A stretch of DNA of 49,355 nt. Origin: an uncultured Myxococcales bacterium (GTDB lineage Bacteria; Desulfobacterota; Binatia; UBA1149; SPBQ01). Positions 20,657-29,374 of this stretch are shown piece after piece. The notes beneath the pieces were generated by a model, which saw only the letters and a program-made list of their open reading frames with translations, made no database searches and was not told the DNA's origin. The position numbers were made by a program, and so were the translations under genes. Where the stretch lies: NCBI GenBank assembly GCA_964588545.1, contig CAZPPZ010000002.1:1-49355 (forward strand), written 5' to 3'. How positions within the stretch are numbered: the first letter of the stretch is position 1; each line of letters opens with the position of its first letter.

Positions 20657-22342
20657 TTACTCAACCGCGGCGATACCTCCCTTGCGTGGGTCCGCGGCTG
20701 CACGTACCCAGCGCTGCTGGTTTTGATAAAATACCTCCACGGCCTGGACCGCGCCGCTAAAACTCATCAGTGATTGTTGGTGGCCTAGTCGGGCAAGACT
20801 TGCGCGTACGACCTCGGGTATATCGGCTTCGACTCGGAGTCTGTCGGGCGCCCATTGGTGGTGCAGCCGCGGCGCGGCGATGGCGGCATCAACATCCATC
20901 GAGAAGTCGAGGACGTTGATGATGGTCTGCACCGTGGCCGAGATTATCAGTGGGCCGCCTGATGCTCCAAGCGCCAGGCGCACGCCATTGCGACCGATGA
21001 CCAGGGTAGGCGACATACTCGAGAGCGGGCGTTTGCCGGCGGCAATGGCATTGGCTTCACTTCCCACCAGCCCGTAGATGTTGGGTACTCCCGGCTGCAG
21101 GCTGAAATCATCCATGGTGTTGTTCAGGACCAGGCCATAGCCGGGCACCCCCAGCTTGGAACCGAAACCGGTGTTGATGCTGGTGGTACAGGCCACGGCG
21201 TTGCCGGCGGCGTCGACTACCGAGATGTGTGAGGTGCCCGAGTCGTTGGCGGTTGCCTGACGTCCGTAAACCGAGGCCGGCACTACCTGATGCGGCCGCA
21301 GCCTGGCGCGGAGCGCCTCCGCGTGGGCGGGACTGAGCAGCCAGCTAAGCGGTATCTCGGTGAAACCCGGGTCGCCGTAATAGCTGGCGCGCTGGGCGAA
21401 CACGGCTTTGAGGCTCTCTGCCAAGAGATGGTAGTAACTGGCCGAGTGGGCGCCGAGATCGGCGAGCGCGTAAGGTTCGAGAATCGCCAGCGCGGCACCG
21501 ATGGTGCCGCCACCGGAACTGGGCGGCGCCATTCCTGCGATGCGCCAGCCATGGTGGTCGATGATCACCGGGTCGCGTTCAAGTGCTTGGTAAGCGGCCA
21601 GGTCTGACGAACTCAGGATGCCGCCGTGCGAGCGGATCGTGGATAGCATCGCGGCGGCGATTTCGCCGCTGTAGAAGGGCGTGGCACCGTGTTCGGCCAG
21701 TTGATGCAGGGCGCGGGCCAAATCCGGGCGGCGCATGAGTTGGCCGGCGCTGTAGGCCTTTGCTTGGCCATCGAGGAAGGCTGCGGCCAGAGTTTCATCG
21801 GCGGCGAGCGCGTCGCGGTAGTGGGCTATCGATGCCGCCAGGTGAGGCTCGATGACAAACCCCTGCTCGGCCAGAGCAATCGCCGGGGCCGCTACGATGT
21901 GCATCGGCAGACTGCCGAAACGCGCGAGCGCCATGCTCAGGCCGGCAGCCTCGCCGGGTACCGCGACTGCCAGCCCCCCGATCTTACTCTTTCGGGTGTC
22001 GAGATTGCCATCGTAAACATACATATCGCGCTGCGCCCGTGACCCCGCTGTTTCGCGGTAGTCGATGGTGTGGATACGCTGCTCGGTCGCGAGGTAGATC
22101 ACCATGAAGCCACCGCCGCCGAGACCCGCCGAGGAAGGGTTGACGACCCCGCCGGCCAGAGAGGCAGCAACGGCAGCGTCTACCGCGTTACCCCCGGCAC
22201 GCAGAATCTCTACACCAGCCGCTGAGGCCAGGCCGTGGTCGGCGGCTACCGCGCCGCCTGGTCCGGTCACGGCTGCCGCCGAGGCCAGCCCCGGTGTGCT
22301 CAGCGCTAGTGCCATGAGTATCGATGCGCGTGTGGTTAACAT
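20657..22342 (-). CDS. ggt: gamma-glutamyltranspeptidase
   Basis: Signal peptide MLTTRASILMALALSTPGLASA. The autoprocessing/nucleophile block is DSGTSHISVVDAAGNAVACTTSIN, plus GGPLIISATVQ. I preferred start ATG 22342 over 22426. Confidence 0.9.
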   Translation of the reverse strand: MLTTRASILMALALSTPGLASAAAVTGPGGAVAADHGLASAAGVEILRAGGNAVDAAVAASLAGGVVNPSSAGLGGGGFMVIYLATEQRIHTIDYRETAGSRAQRDMYVYDGNLDTRKSKIGGLAVAVPGEAAGLSMALARFGSLPMHIVAAPAIALAEQGFVIEPHLAASIAHYRDALAADETLAAAFLDGQAKAYSAGQLMRRPDLARALHQLAEHGATPFYSGEIAAAMLSTIRSHGGILSSSDLAAYQALERDPVIIDHHGWRIAGMAPPSSGGGTIGAALAILEPYALADLGAHSASYYHLLAESLKAVFAQRASYYGDPGFTEIPLSWLLSPAHAEALRARLRPHQVVPASVYGRQATANDSGTSHISVVDAAGNAVACTTSINTGFGSKLGVPGYGLVLNNTMDDFSLQPGVPNIYGLVGSEANAIAAGKRPLSSMSPTLVIGRNGVRLALGASGGPLIISATVQTIINVLDFSMDVDAAIAAPRLHHQWAPDRLRVEADIPEVVRASLARLGHQQSLMSFSGAVQAVEVFYQNQQRWVRAAADPRKGGIAAVE

Positions 22343-22393
22343 CTGCGGCGGTTCTAGGCCCCGGTCTGCCCATTTGCAAGACAGCCGCGGCTG

Positions 22394-23479
22394 TTGATGA
22401 ATAGGACCAGGGGCAGCGTGGCGCATTCAGTAAAAGAATTTTACCTACGGCTGTTTCGCGACCGTTCGATCGTCGTGCATCTGGCTTCTCCCTACAGCGC
22501 AAGCGATGTCCAGAGTGTTGTGGACACTCTGGTTGCTAACCGTACGATGGTTGTCGTGGTCGGTGCCGCGCTTGCCGCTGGCCGCACCAAGCTGATATCC
22601 GCGCATTCTGGTCAGGCGGCTCGCAAGCAGGTACTGCTCGAAGCCACTGAAGAGCTGCTTGCGCGCGGAGTTGTGCGCATAGCCCTGCCCACAGGGATGG
22701 TGGGTGTTCGAGCGCTAGGGTTTTCTGCCGCCGTCGCTAGCGGGCTGTGTGCCCACAAGCTGGTGGTTGTCGATCCCCGCGGCGGTATGCAGACCGCCAA
22801 GGGGCTACGCTCTTTTGTCAACCGTGCTGGTGTGCAGCGGCTGCTCGCCGGTGGGGCTCTGAAGCACTGGCATGCTCGCGACCTAGAGCCACTGATAACG
22901 GCACTGCGCGGTGGAGTCGAGTCGATCAACCTGACCACCGCCGAGTCTCTCGAGGCTGAGCTGTTCAGTTACGAAGGCGCGGGTACACTGCTCACAAGTG
23001 GCGACTACTGTCGGGTTGGCAGGCTGCGTATCGACGATTTTTCTCAGGCCCTCGGCCTGCTCGACCGCGGCGAGCGCGAAGGTTTCTTGTTGCCGCGCGA
23101 CTCGCGCCAGCGTGCTCGGCTGCTGCTTGGCGGTTACGGGGCCTGGTTCGAGGGGCGCCTGGCCGGGATTGCATCACTCGATACCGACAGCTATTGCCGG
23201 GAGCGGGTGGCTGAAGTCATTGGCCTCTATACCATCACCCGCTTCAAGGGCGGGGGCGTCGCTGTGAGTATTCTTGCGGAACTCACCGCCGTGGCTAAAC
23301 GGCAGGGCTGCAGGCGGATTTTCGCCTGCAGCTCCAACGCCCGCGCGGCTGATTTCTTCGCGCGTAACGGTTTTGACCGTGTTGAGGCTAGCGAGGTGCC
23401 GGCGGCCAAGTGGCGACAGGCGGGAGGCTCCGAGCGACGCCGCGGTGTAATGCCCACGGTACTGGCCAAGGATCTGTAA
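22394..23479 (+). CDS. amino-acid N-acetyltransferase-like protein (degenerate amino-acid-kinase-like N-domain + GNAT)
   Basis: The C-terminal GNAT block is YTITRFKGGGVAVSILAELTAVAKRQGCRRIFACSSNARAADFFARNGF. The N-terminal half resembles the ArgA/ArgB kinase fold only loosely. The start is ambiguous (TTG 22394, ATG 22397 or GTG 22418). Confidence 0.5.
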   Translation: MMNRTRGSVAHSVKEFYLRLFRDRSIVVHLASPYSASDVQSVVDTLVANRTMVVVVGAALAAGRTKLISAHSGQAARKQVLLEATEELLARGVVRIALPTGMVGVRALGFSAAVASGLCAHKLVVVDPRGGMQTAKGLRSFVNRAGVQRLLAGGALKHWHARDLEPLITALRGGVESINLTTAESLEAELFSYEGAGTLLTSGDYCRVGRLRIDDFSQALGLLDRGEREGFLLPRDSRQRARLLLGGYGAWFEGRLAGIASLDTDSYCRERVAEVIGLYTITRFKGGGVAVSILAELTAVAKRQGCRRIFACSSNARAADFFARNGFDRVEASEVPAAKWRQAGGSERRRGVMPTVLAKDL

Positions 23480-23514
23480 CGACCGGCGTCTGGGTGCCGG
23501 GGGAGAGGACTCTC

Positions 23515-23802
23515 ATGGCAGCGTACCTGCGCGTTCTAGGCGGTTTTCTCGTGGTATTGGGGCTGATGGGCAGCCTCCACGCCTGGAGGGCCGCTAGCGC
23601 GGACGAGGCCTATTTCCAGGCGCTGAGAGGGCTCGATAAGTATCCGAGCAACGTCTTGTACCAAACTGAGCTCAAGATGGCCGAGCCGCGCCACATGCTG
23701 CTGCTGGGAGGCGCTTATAGTGCGGCTCCCATGGGCCTGGTGCTGGGCAGCCTCTGTCTTGGCCTGGCGTCGGTGTTGGCCCGTCAGAAAGACTGCTCCT
23801 AG
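23515..23802 (+). CDS. small membrane protein, two predicted TM helices, unknown function
   Basis: The internal ATG is preceded by GGGGGAGAGG (Shine-Dalgarno-like). The product MAAYLRVLGGFLVVLGLMG...LVLGSLCLGLASVLA has two hydrophobic helices. Confidence 0.45.
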   Translation: MAAYLRVLGGFLVVLGLMGSLHAWRAASADEAYFQALRGLDKYPSNVLYQTELKMAEPRHMLLLGGAYSAAPMGLVLGSLCLGLASVLARQKDCS

Positions 23803-24092
23803 CTCCGTCTGGGCCCTGGATGCCCCTGCTTGCGACCCGCCGAGAGTTGACATGCTGCGGTGAATGCCGCAGCGTGTCATGGCCGTACTGCGCAGAATGC
23901 CCAGCGTGTGTATTGACATCCGCTAGGCTGGTAGGCACCTTGAATCAAGTACCCCCCTTTGGGGGCAGCCCTATACGCAGGCCTGGCCTATCCGGGGTGG
24001 GGGTGCTTGGGCGAGTTCATGATGCTGCAGCCGAGCCAGGCGGCTAGGACGCTAACGAGTGTCCACTAACGGTTAAGAAGAAGGAGGAAGAC

Positions 24093-25169
24093 ATGAGGAA
24101 TCTTATAGGATTGTTCGTGGCTGGCGCGTTCCTCGTAGGCCTCGCGGGGGTTGCCCAGGCTGACGATGAGGGGCCGAACTTTACGTTCGGGGCGTCGGCT
24201 TCGTTCACGTTTGACGCGAATGACCCGAAAGGGCCAGCCGGGCTTAACGGAGCTACTTACGCCAGTCAGGAGCAGGACGAGTCGTTTAATATCGACTTGG
24301 TGCAAATTGGCGTAAATGGCCAACGCGGCCGCGTTGGCTACGGTGCCAAGGTCGACCTTGGTGATTTGGCGGCGTTGGCGGGAGACTCTTCTGACGGCGA
24401 CATCGCCCTGCAGGAAGCCTATCTCACCTACGACGCTGATGGTCTGGGGGCGATGGCTGGTCGTTTTGCGACACCAATCGGCTACGAGGTATTGGAGCCC
24501 TGGGGCAACGCCAACATCAGCCGTTCGTGGGCCTGGCAGGCCCAGCCTATCAACCACGATGGTATTACCATCAACGGTAGCGCTGATGTCGTCGATATTA
24601 TGGTCGGCGTGGTCAACAACTTCACTGTCGGCGATACTGCTGGCAACGATATTGATGACGAGAAAGGCATCATTGCCTCGGTTGGCGCTGGCTTGAGTGA
24701 CGAGCTCAATCTCTACGTGGCCGGTATTTTCACCGAGGAAGGCGATAGCGTGGATCGTACTCTGATCAACACTATCCTCTCCGGTGCCATCGATGCTGGT
24801 GGCTCGGGCCTGCGCTATGCCATAGAGGGCAACTACTCGGAGATGGATCCGAAGTCGGGTGCGGCGGCTGAGCTGTGGAACGTCGGTGTCTACGCGGGCA
24901 CGGATATCGGCCCTGCGGCTATCGACCTGCGTTGGGACTACACCGATGACGAGGGTCAGCTTGCTTCGATCCTAGGGTTTACTTCTCCGGGTGATCTTGA
25001 ACTCTGGAGCATAACCCTGACTGGATCGGTTGCTCTGGCTGATGGCGTTGATTTCCGTCTCGAGTATCGTCACGACGATGCCGATGCGAGTATTTTCAAC
25101 GACAACGCGAGCACGGACGATACCATCGACACCGTGCAGTTCCAGGTTGTCTGGCACCCCGAGGGCTAG
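24093..25169 (+). CDS. outer-membrane beta-barrel porin (OmpL-like / putative porin-2 type)
   Basis: Strong RBS GAAGGAGGAAG and signal peptide MRNLIGLFVAGAFLVGLAGVAQA. The sequence has an alternating beta-strand pattern and is rich in G/D/Y/N. LQEAYLTYDA...GRFATPIGYEVLEPW resembles the DUF1597-type porin block. Confidence 0.6.
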   Translation: MRNLIGLFVAGAFLVGLAGVAQADDEGPNFTFGASASFTFDANDPKGPAGLNGATYASQEQDESFNIDLVQIGVNGQRGRVGYGAKVDLGDLAALAGDSSDGDIALQEAYLTYDADGLGAMAGRFATPIGYEVLEPWGNANISRSWAWQAQPINHDGITINGSADVVDIMVGVVNNFTVGDTAGNDIDDEKGIIASVGAGLSDELNLYVAGIFTEEGDSVDRTLINTILSGAIDAGGSGLRYAIEGNYSEMDPKSGAAAELWNVGVYAGTDIGPAAIDLRWDYTDDEGQLASILGFTSPGDLELWSITLTGSVALADGVDFRLEYRHDDADASIFNDNASTDDTIDTVQFQVVWHPEG

Positions 25170-25209
25170 GACGGCGATTAGCGGCCAGTCGCGCGAGACT
25201 GGCTGTGTG

Positions 25210-25243
25210 AGAGGGGCCCCTTTGGGGCCCCTCTTCTCGTTTT
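25210..25243 (+). terminator. rho-independent terminator after the porin gene
   Basis: AGAGGGGCCCC (25210-25220) pairs with GGGGCCCCTCT (25224-25234), an 11-bp GC-rich stem, followed by TCTCGTTTT. Confidence 0.8.
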
Positions 25244-25269
25244 GGCGGTGGCCAAGTCGTCGCCGCGGC

Positions 25270-25500
25270 TCAGCGTTCGATGATGATACGGGCGGCGCCG
25301 CGGCCGTCGTCGCTGATGATACTCACAACCAGGTACCCCTCCCCCTCGGCGGCCGCGGGAATGTCGCGCAGGGCTCTGGGGTCGTCGGTTATCAGCTCAA
25401 GCAGCTGGCCTTGTTCCATGCCCTCGAGGCGGTTCTTGGTGCGTGCCCAGCTAAGCGGGCATGCTACCCCTACGAGGTCTATAAGAGCACGGTTTTTCAC
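25270..25500 (-). CDS. TusA/SirA-family sulfur-carrier protein
   Basis: The product from GTG 25500 is VKNRALIDLVGVACPLSWARTKNRLEGMEQGQLLELITDDPRALRDIPAAAEGEGY. The xDLxGxxCPxx cysteine motif and the 77-aa size fit TusA. The ORF-track extension to 25617 is Arg/Ala-rich and overlaps two palindromes. Confidence 0.6.
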   Translation of the reverse strand: MKNRALIDLVGVACPLSWARTKNRLEGMEQGQLLELITDDPRALRDIPAAAEGEGYLVVSIISDDGRGAARIIIER

Positions 25501-25747
25501 GACTTCTCTTCTATTGGCCCCCGCCCGGGCAGGGGCCAAAGCGATAGCACTGTAGGCTCGCTCAGGCGAGGCCGGCGCGTCGCGACGGCCTCGCCGTATT
25601 CCTCTAGCGCTAGGCAAGTCCTACCCATATGAGTTTCCCTCTTGCCAACTACACAGAGCTGGACACACAATAGGCCCACTCAGCCGGGGGGTTGCTGGCT
25701 GATGCCCGGTAGTGGCTAGAACTATAGTCTTGAGGAGGGTTCGCTTC

Positions 25748-28111
25748 ATGACCCCAGGTATAAGAGTGGCAGCTTCGGTGCTGGCCTTGGTATTTCTCAG
25801 CGTTGGTGTGGCCGATTCTCAGGCGGGCTTTAGCACGCTGCAGCGCAAGTGTAGGGAGACGGTTGCCAAGCGCGGCGAGAAGCTCTCAGAGACTGTGGCC
25901 AAGACTCTGAGCACCTGCCACAAGAAACGCGGCAACGGCCAGATTGCTGCCAGCGTAGACTGTCGCACGGTGCTCGAGGCCGATCCGCCAAAAGGCAAGA
26001 TAGCGAAGGCTGCGGCCAAGCTCAGCGGCCAGCTGGCTTCCAAGTGCGCAGGCAACATCCCTGCCGATCTGCTGTTTTTGGGCTGCCCTTTTCCCTGCGA
26101 TACGACGGTGCCGGCGATCGTCACTATGCAGGACGTGGCTGATTGCCTGAGCTGCGTGGTTGAGGACGTGGGCGAGGCTATGAGCGCCAACGCCCAGAGC
26201 CTGCCGGTTGTTCCCCTGCCGCCGGTCGAGACCGCCTGTCATGCGGCCATTGGTAAGAACCAGACCAAACACTTCAAGACTATTCTCAAAGAGCGGGTCA
26301 AGTGCCAGAAAGCCAGCGAGAAGGCTGGGGCAATGGATACCAGTGCCTGTGCCCTCGGCGACCCCAAGGGCAAGATTCAGCGGGCCCGTGACAAGGCCGC
26401 CGGCAAGATCGGCGATGCCTGTGCCGCTGCCCAGCTCGGCTTTGTCGAGTCCTGCTCACCTAACAACCTAAGCGCGCTGATCTCCTGTGTGCTCGGCGAT
26501 TCGGACGCCCGCGGCGAGCAAGTCTTCGAGGCTCTCTACGGGCTGCAGGCAGGTGGCGGTCCGACTACCACCATGGGTACGACCACCACCATGGTGACCA
26601 CCACCACGACCAGCACGACTACGACGACCATTACTGTGGCCCAGGATCCGCTGTGTCCTAGCCGCGGCGAGCTGATACTGTTCGCCGGGACCACCGGGGT
26701 TGCCTGCGCAAGTGATCTCGACTGTGTGGTGGGCAGCTGCGACCTGGGGCTTGGACGCTGCGTTACTACTACGCGGCTGGACACCGGCTATACCGGTATT
26801 GCCCACGGGTCGGATATCAACGATCAGGTTCTCACGGTTGGCACCCTGATCTGCCCAGGACCCTTCGACGCTTTGAACGCGGAGCCTTGCGGCGACTGTA
26901 CTGTAGCCGGGCTCAATCCTGACCCCGGCTACTGCCGTTGTCAGGGGGACAATCGCACTGTCTGCGACCAGCCCTTCGCGGTCGATAACGTTAACTGTGG
27001 GGGTGGGATCTGCGATTGCTTCTTCGGCGCGCCGTTGCCGTTGTCTTCAGGCAACACGCCGGTGTGTGTAGTCAACCGCTTCTTCGATGACATCTCGGGA
27101 ACCGCCAATGTAGATCTAGGCAGTGGGTCGATTACCGCCAATCTACGTTCACTGGCCCATCTTGGCGAGAACCTGGTTCTGCCGTGTCCGGCCTGCGGCG
27201 GTAGCTGTACGGCGGGCAAGGTAGGTAACGGTTGTGCCACCGACCTAGACTGTGACACCGGCCTGACCTCCGGTACCTTCAACAACGACGGCACCTGCAG
27301 CAACTTCGACGCTGTGGCCAACGATGGCCTGCGTGGCGGCACCTGCTTCAAGGGGCTGAACGACGGCCAGTCTTGCGACATAGGGGCCTTCCACGAGTCC
27401 TTCCCGGCTCCGGGCGGGTCAGGTGCAGGCTTGAGTCTCGACTGCTTCCCTGACCCGGGCAAGAACGTCTCAGGAACCGGTCTAAAGATTACTCTGAGTC
27501 AGACTACTGGGACCGCGAGTTTGCCACTGGCCGGGGTCAAGTGTGGTTTCCCAATATTTGCCGAGTCCTTGTGTCCCTGCGGGCAGTGTTCTACGGGCCT
27601 TCCCTCACCGAACGACTTTACCGTCGACACCTGCACCAGCAACGCTGACTGCGCCGGCATCGGCAACGAGACCTGCGCCAATCCCGACGGCGCGGTGTTC
27701 CCCAACAACTGTACCAACGGCTTGTGTTCCGACATCGGTGGTCGTGGCGAGTGTAGTATCGGCCCCGACGATGGGTTCTGTGACGGTATCCTGCTCTCTG
27801 ATGGATCAGGCTTCCTCGCGTGTAACAACGATGCCGACTGCACCCCGGCGATCATCGGCTTGCCTGGAGGCACCTGCACGCTTACGACTCGGCGTAGCTG
27901 TTTCCTCGATCCGATTAGCGCCACGGGCACGGCGGATCCTGCCACTCCGATCGGAGTGGCAGCGTTTTGCATCGGGCGGACTGGTAATGCCGGCATCAAT
28001 GCCGTTGCCGGACTGCCGGGACCGGGACGCGTTACCAACGCGGCTGCGGCGACGACGTTTTGCACCGATGGTGTGACCGCCTACACCCCGGGAGTTGGTG
28101 GTTGTCCCTAG
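25748..28111 (+). CDS. large secreted cysteine-rich protein of unknown family (two helical Cys modules, poly-Thr linker, about 480-aa Cys-knot-like region)
   Basis: RBS GAGGAGG sits 8 nt upstream of ATG 25748. Signal peptide is MTPGIRVAASVLALVFLSVGVADSQA. I count about 56 Cys by hand. The N-terminus has an internal duplication. The linker reads TTTMGTTTTMVTTTTTSTTTTTIT. C-x-[ST]-[DN]-x-DC motifs recur in the C-terminal part. I recognise no catalytic motif. Confidence 0.75.
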   Translation: MTPGIRVAASVLALVFLSVGVADSQAGFSTLQRKCRETVAKRGEKLSETVAKTLSTCHKKRGNGQIAASVDCRTVLEADPPKGKIAKAAAKLSGQLASKCAGNIPADLLFLGCPFPCDTTVPAIVTMQDVADCLSCVVEDVGEAMSANAQSLPVVPLPPVETACHAAIGKNQTKHFKTILKERVKCQKASEKAGAMDTSACALGDPKGKIQRARDKAAGKIGDACAAAQLGFVESCSPNNLSALISCVLGDSDARGEQVFEALYGLQAGGGPTTTMGTTTTMVTTTTTSTTTTTITVAQDPLCPSRGELILFAGTTGVACASDLDCVVGSCDLGLGRCVTTTRLDTGYTGIAHGSDINDQVLTVGTLICPGPFDALNAEPCGDCTVAGLNPDPGYCRCQGDNRTVCDQPFAVDNVNCGGGICDCFFGAPLPLSSGNTPVCVVNRFFDDISGTANVDLGSGSITANLRSLAHLGENLVLPCPACGGSCTAGKVGNGCATDLDCDTGLTSGTFNNDGTCSNFDAVANDGLRGGTCFKGLNDGQSCDIGAFHESFPAPGGSGAGLSLDCFPDPGKNVSGTGLKITLSQTTGTASLPLAGVKCGFPIFAESLCPCGQCSTGLPSPNDFTVDTCTSNADCAGIGNETCANPDGAVFPNNCTNGLCSDIGGRGECSIGPDDGFCDGILLSDGSGFLACNNDADCTPAIIGLPGGTCTLTTRRSCFLDPISATGTADPATPIGVAAFCIGRTGNAGINAVAGLPGPGRVTNAAAATTFCTDGVTAYTPGVGGCP
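26564..26635 (+). repeat. ACC/ACG-rich coding tract (poly-threonine linker)
   Basis: Of 24 codons, 20 are Thr. The tract is in frame within the Cys-rich protein. Confidence 0.9.
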
Positions 28112-28187
28112 GGACGGCGATGGCAGCGGCTTGACTCATTGTCGCTCGCGCGACTAACCTGAGCGGCCGGCCCGGCGGCCAATCGCG

Positions 28188-28985
28188 ATGTTGCGCTATG
28201 CTACATGGGTTATCGTCTGTATTGCTGCGGGGCTGACTCCCGCCCAAGCCGCAGATGGCGATGCTGCGCAATGGCTCAACCGCTCGCAGCTTGCGCGTTT
28301 CCCAGGCAAGGACATGCAGGCGACTTTTCGGCTGCGAATCGAACGCAGCGACGGCAAGGTGGTAGAGCGCCGCGGCAGGGTACTGAGGCGAACACGCGAT
28401 GGTGGTTTGGCGGACCGCATCTATGTAATAGATCAGCCGCAGTCACTTGCCGGTCTAGCATTTCTGAGTCGGGACGTAGCCAACCAAGCTGCCGATCAAT
28501 GGCTGTATCTGCCTGCTTACAAGCGCGTGCGTCGGGTCGCAGTTCATGGTGCTGGAGATGCCTTCATTGGCAGCGACTTCATCTACGCGGATTTTGGCCG
28601 CGTTCGTCAAGAGACAGGTCGGCATAGTGTTGTTGGTGAGCGCGAGTTCGCCGGGCAACCCTGTGTTGTAATCGAGAGTGTCGAGCTAGATGCGACCCTT
28701 CCCTACAGCAGGATGCTGTCGACGATCGCACGCGACAGCGCGCTGCCGCTGCTCTCGGAGTTCTTCGCGGGTGATGGTCGGCTACTCAGACGTGGGTCGC
28801 TGCAGCAGATCGTTGACGCCGACGGCCATCCCACACCAATGCGCATTTCTATGAGCAATGAGGAACTGGGCAGCCTCTCTGTGCTGACTCTGAGCGCTGT
28901 CGGTTATGATGGTGGGCTGAGTGAAAATCTGTTCAGCGTAGAGAGTCTCGAGCACATGAAAGCTTCGGACCAACAGCCTAGATAA
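28188..28985 (+). CDS. LolA-like outer-membrane lipoprotein-sorting protein family
   Basis: Signal peptide MLRYATWVIVCIAAGLTPAQA. QWLYLPAYKRVRRVAVHGAGDAFIGSDFIYADF matches the W-x-Y-x-P...k-r-i...F-x-GSDF-x-Y-x-D block of this family. Confidence 0.7.
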   Translation: MLRYATWVIVCIAAGLTPAQAADGDAAQWLNRSQLARFPGKDMQATFRLRIERSDGKVVERRGRVLRRTRDGGLADRIYVIDQPQSLAGLAFLSRDVANQAADQWLYLPAYKRVRRVAVHGAGDAFIGSDFIYADFGRVRQETGRHSVVGEREFAGQPCVVIESVELDATLPYSRMLSTIARDSALPLLSEFFAGDGRLLRRGSLQQIVDADGHPTPMRISMSNEELGSLSVLTLSAVGYDGGLSENLFSVESLEHMKASDQQPR

Positions 28986-29034
28986 TCCCCACTACCCGTT
29001 TTCTATCAAACCCACAGAGCATGCCTCGCTGTCA

Positions 29035-29063
29035 TTGACGCCGATGTCTAAGCTTCGTTAAGA
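29035..29063 (+). promoter_or_regulatory. candidate sigma70-type promoter for the XRE gene
   Basis: TTGACG (29035-29040), a 17-nt spacer, then TTAAGA. It lies in a relatively AT-rich spacer. Sequence match only. Confidence 0.25.
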
Positions 29064-29090
29064 GACGATCACTATGACAAAGGACGGCCA

Positions 29091-29339
29091 ATGATGAAGA
29101 CTCGTCTCTCGAAAATACTGTACGACAAGGGATGGACCGAGATGGAACTGTCGCGCCGAACCGGGCTTGCCCAGAGCTATATCAACCGCGTGAAGAACTC
29201 GCGCATAGTACCGACGGTGAGAACCGCGTTGAAGATCTGCACGGCCCTCGATGTGTCGGTGGAGGAAACGTTCATCTATGAAGAGAAGCCTTATGGTGTT
29301 ACCCGCAAGCCATACTTCCCGGCCCAGAGCCGCGATTAG
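29091..29339 (+). CDS. XRE (Cro/CI) family helix-turn-helix transcriptional regulator
   Basis: LSKILYDKGWTEMELSRRTGLAQSYINRVKNSRIVPTVRTALKICTALDVSVEETF is a classic HTH_3/HTH_26 pattern. 82 aa, with visibly lower GC than its neighbours. Confidence 0.85.
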   Translation: MMKTRLSKILYDKGWTEMELSRRTGLAQSYINRVKNSRIVPTVRTALKICTALDVSVEETFIYEEKPYGVTRKPYFPAQSRD

Positions 29340-29374
29340 CAGGGAACGCAGCCCGTCGATATCCGCGTGTCAGC

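Noticed and set aside
23820-24047. 75-aa ORF with a Cys-rich start (CCGECRSVSWPYCAECPAC) that could pass for a zinc ribbon or RiPP precursor.
   Set aside because: The Cys codons derive from the TGC/GCA-rich hairpin at 23848-23879. There is no Shine-Dalgarno sequence, third-position GC is lower than in real genes here, and the rest is Gly/Pro/Arg filler. I kept it only as part of the structured-spacer finding.
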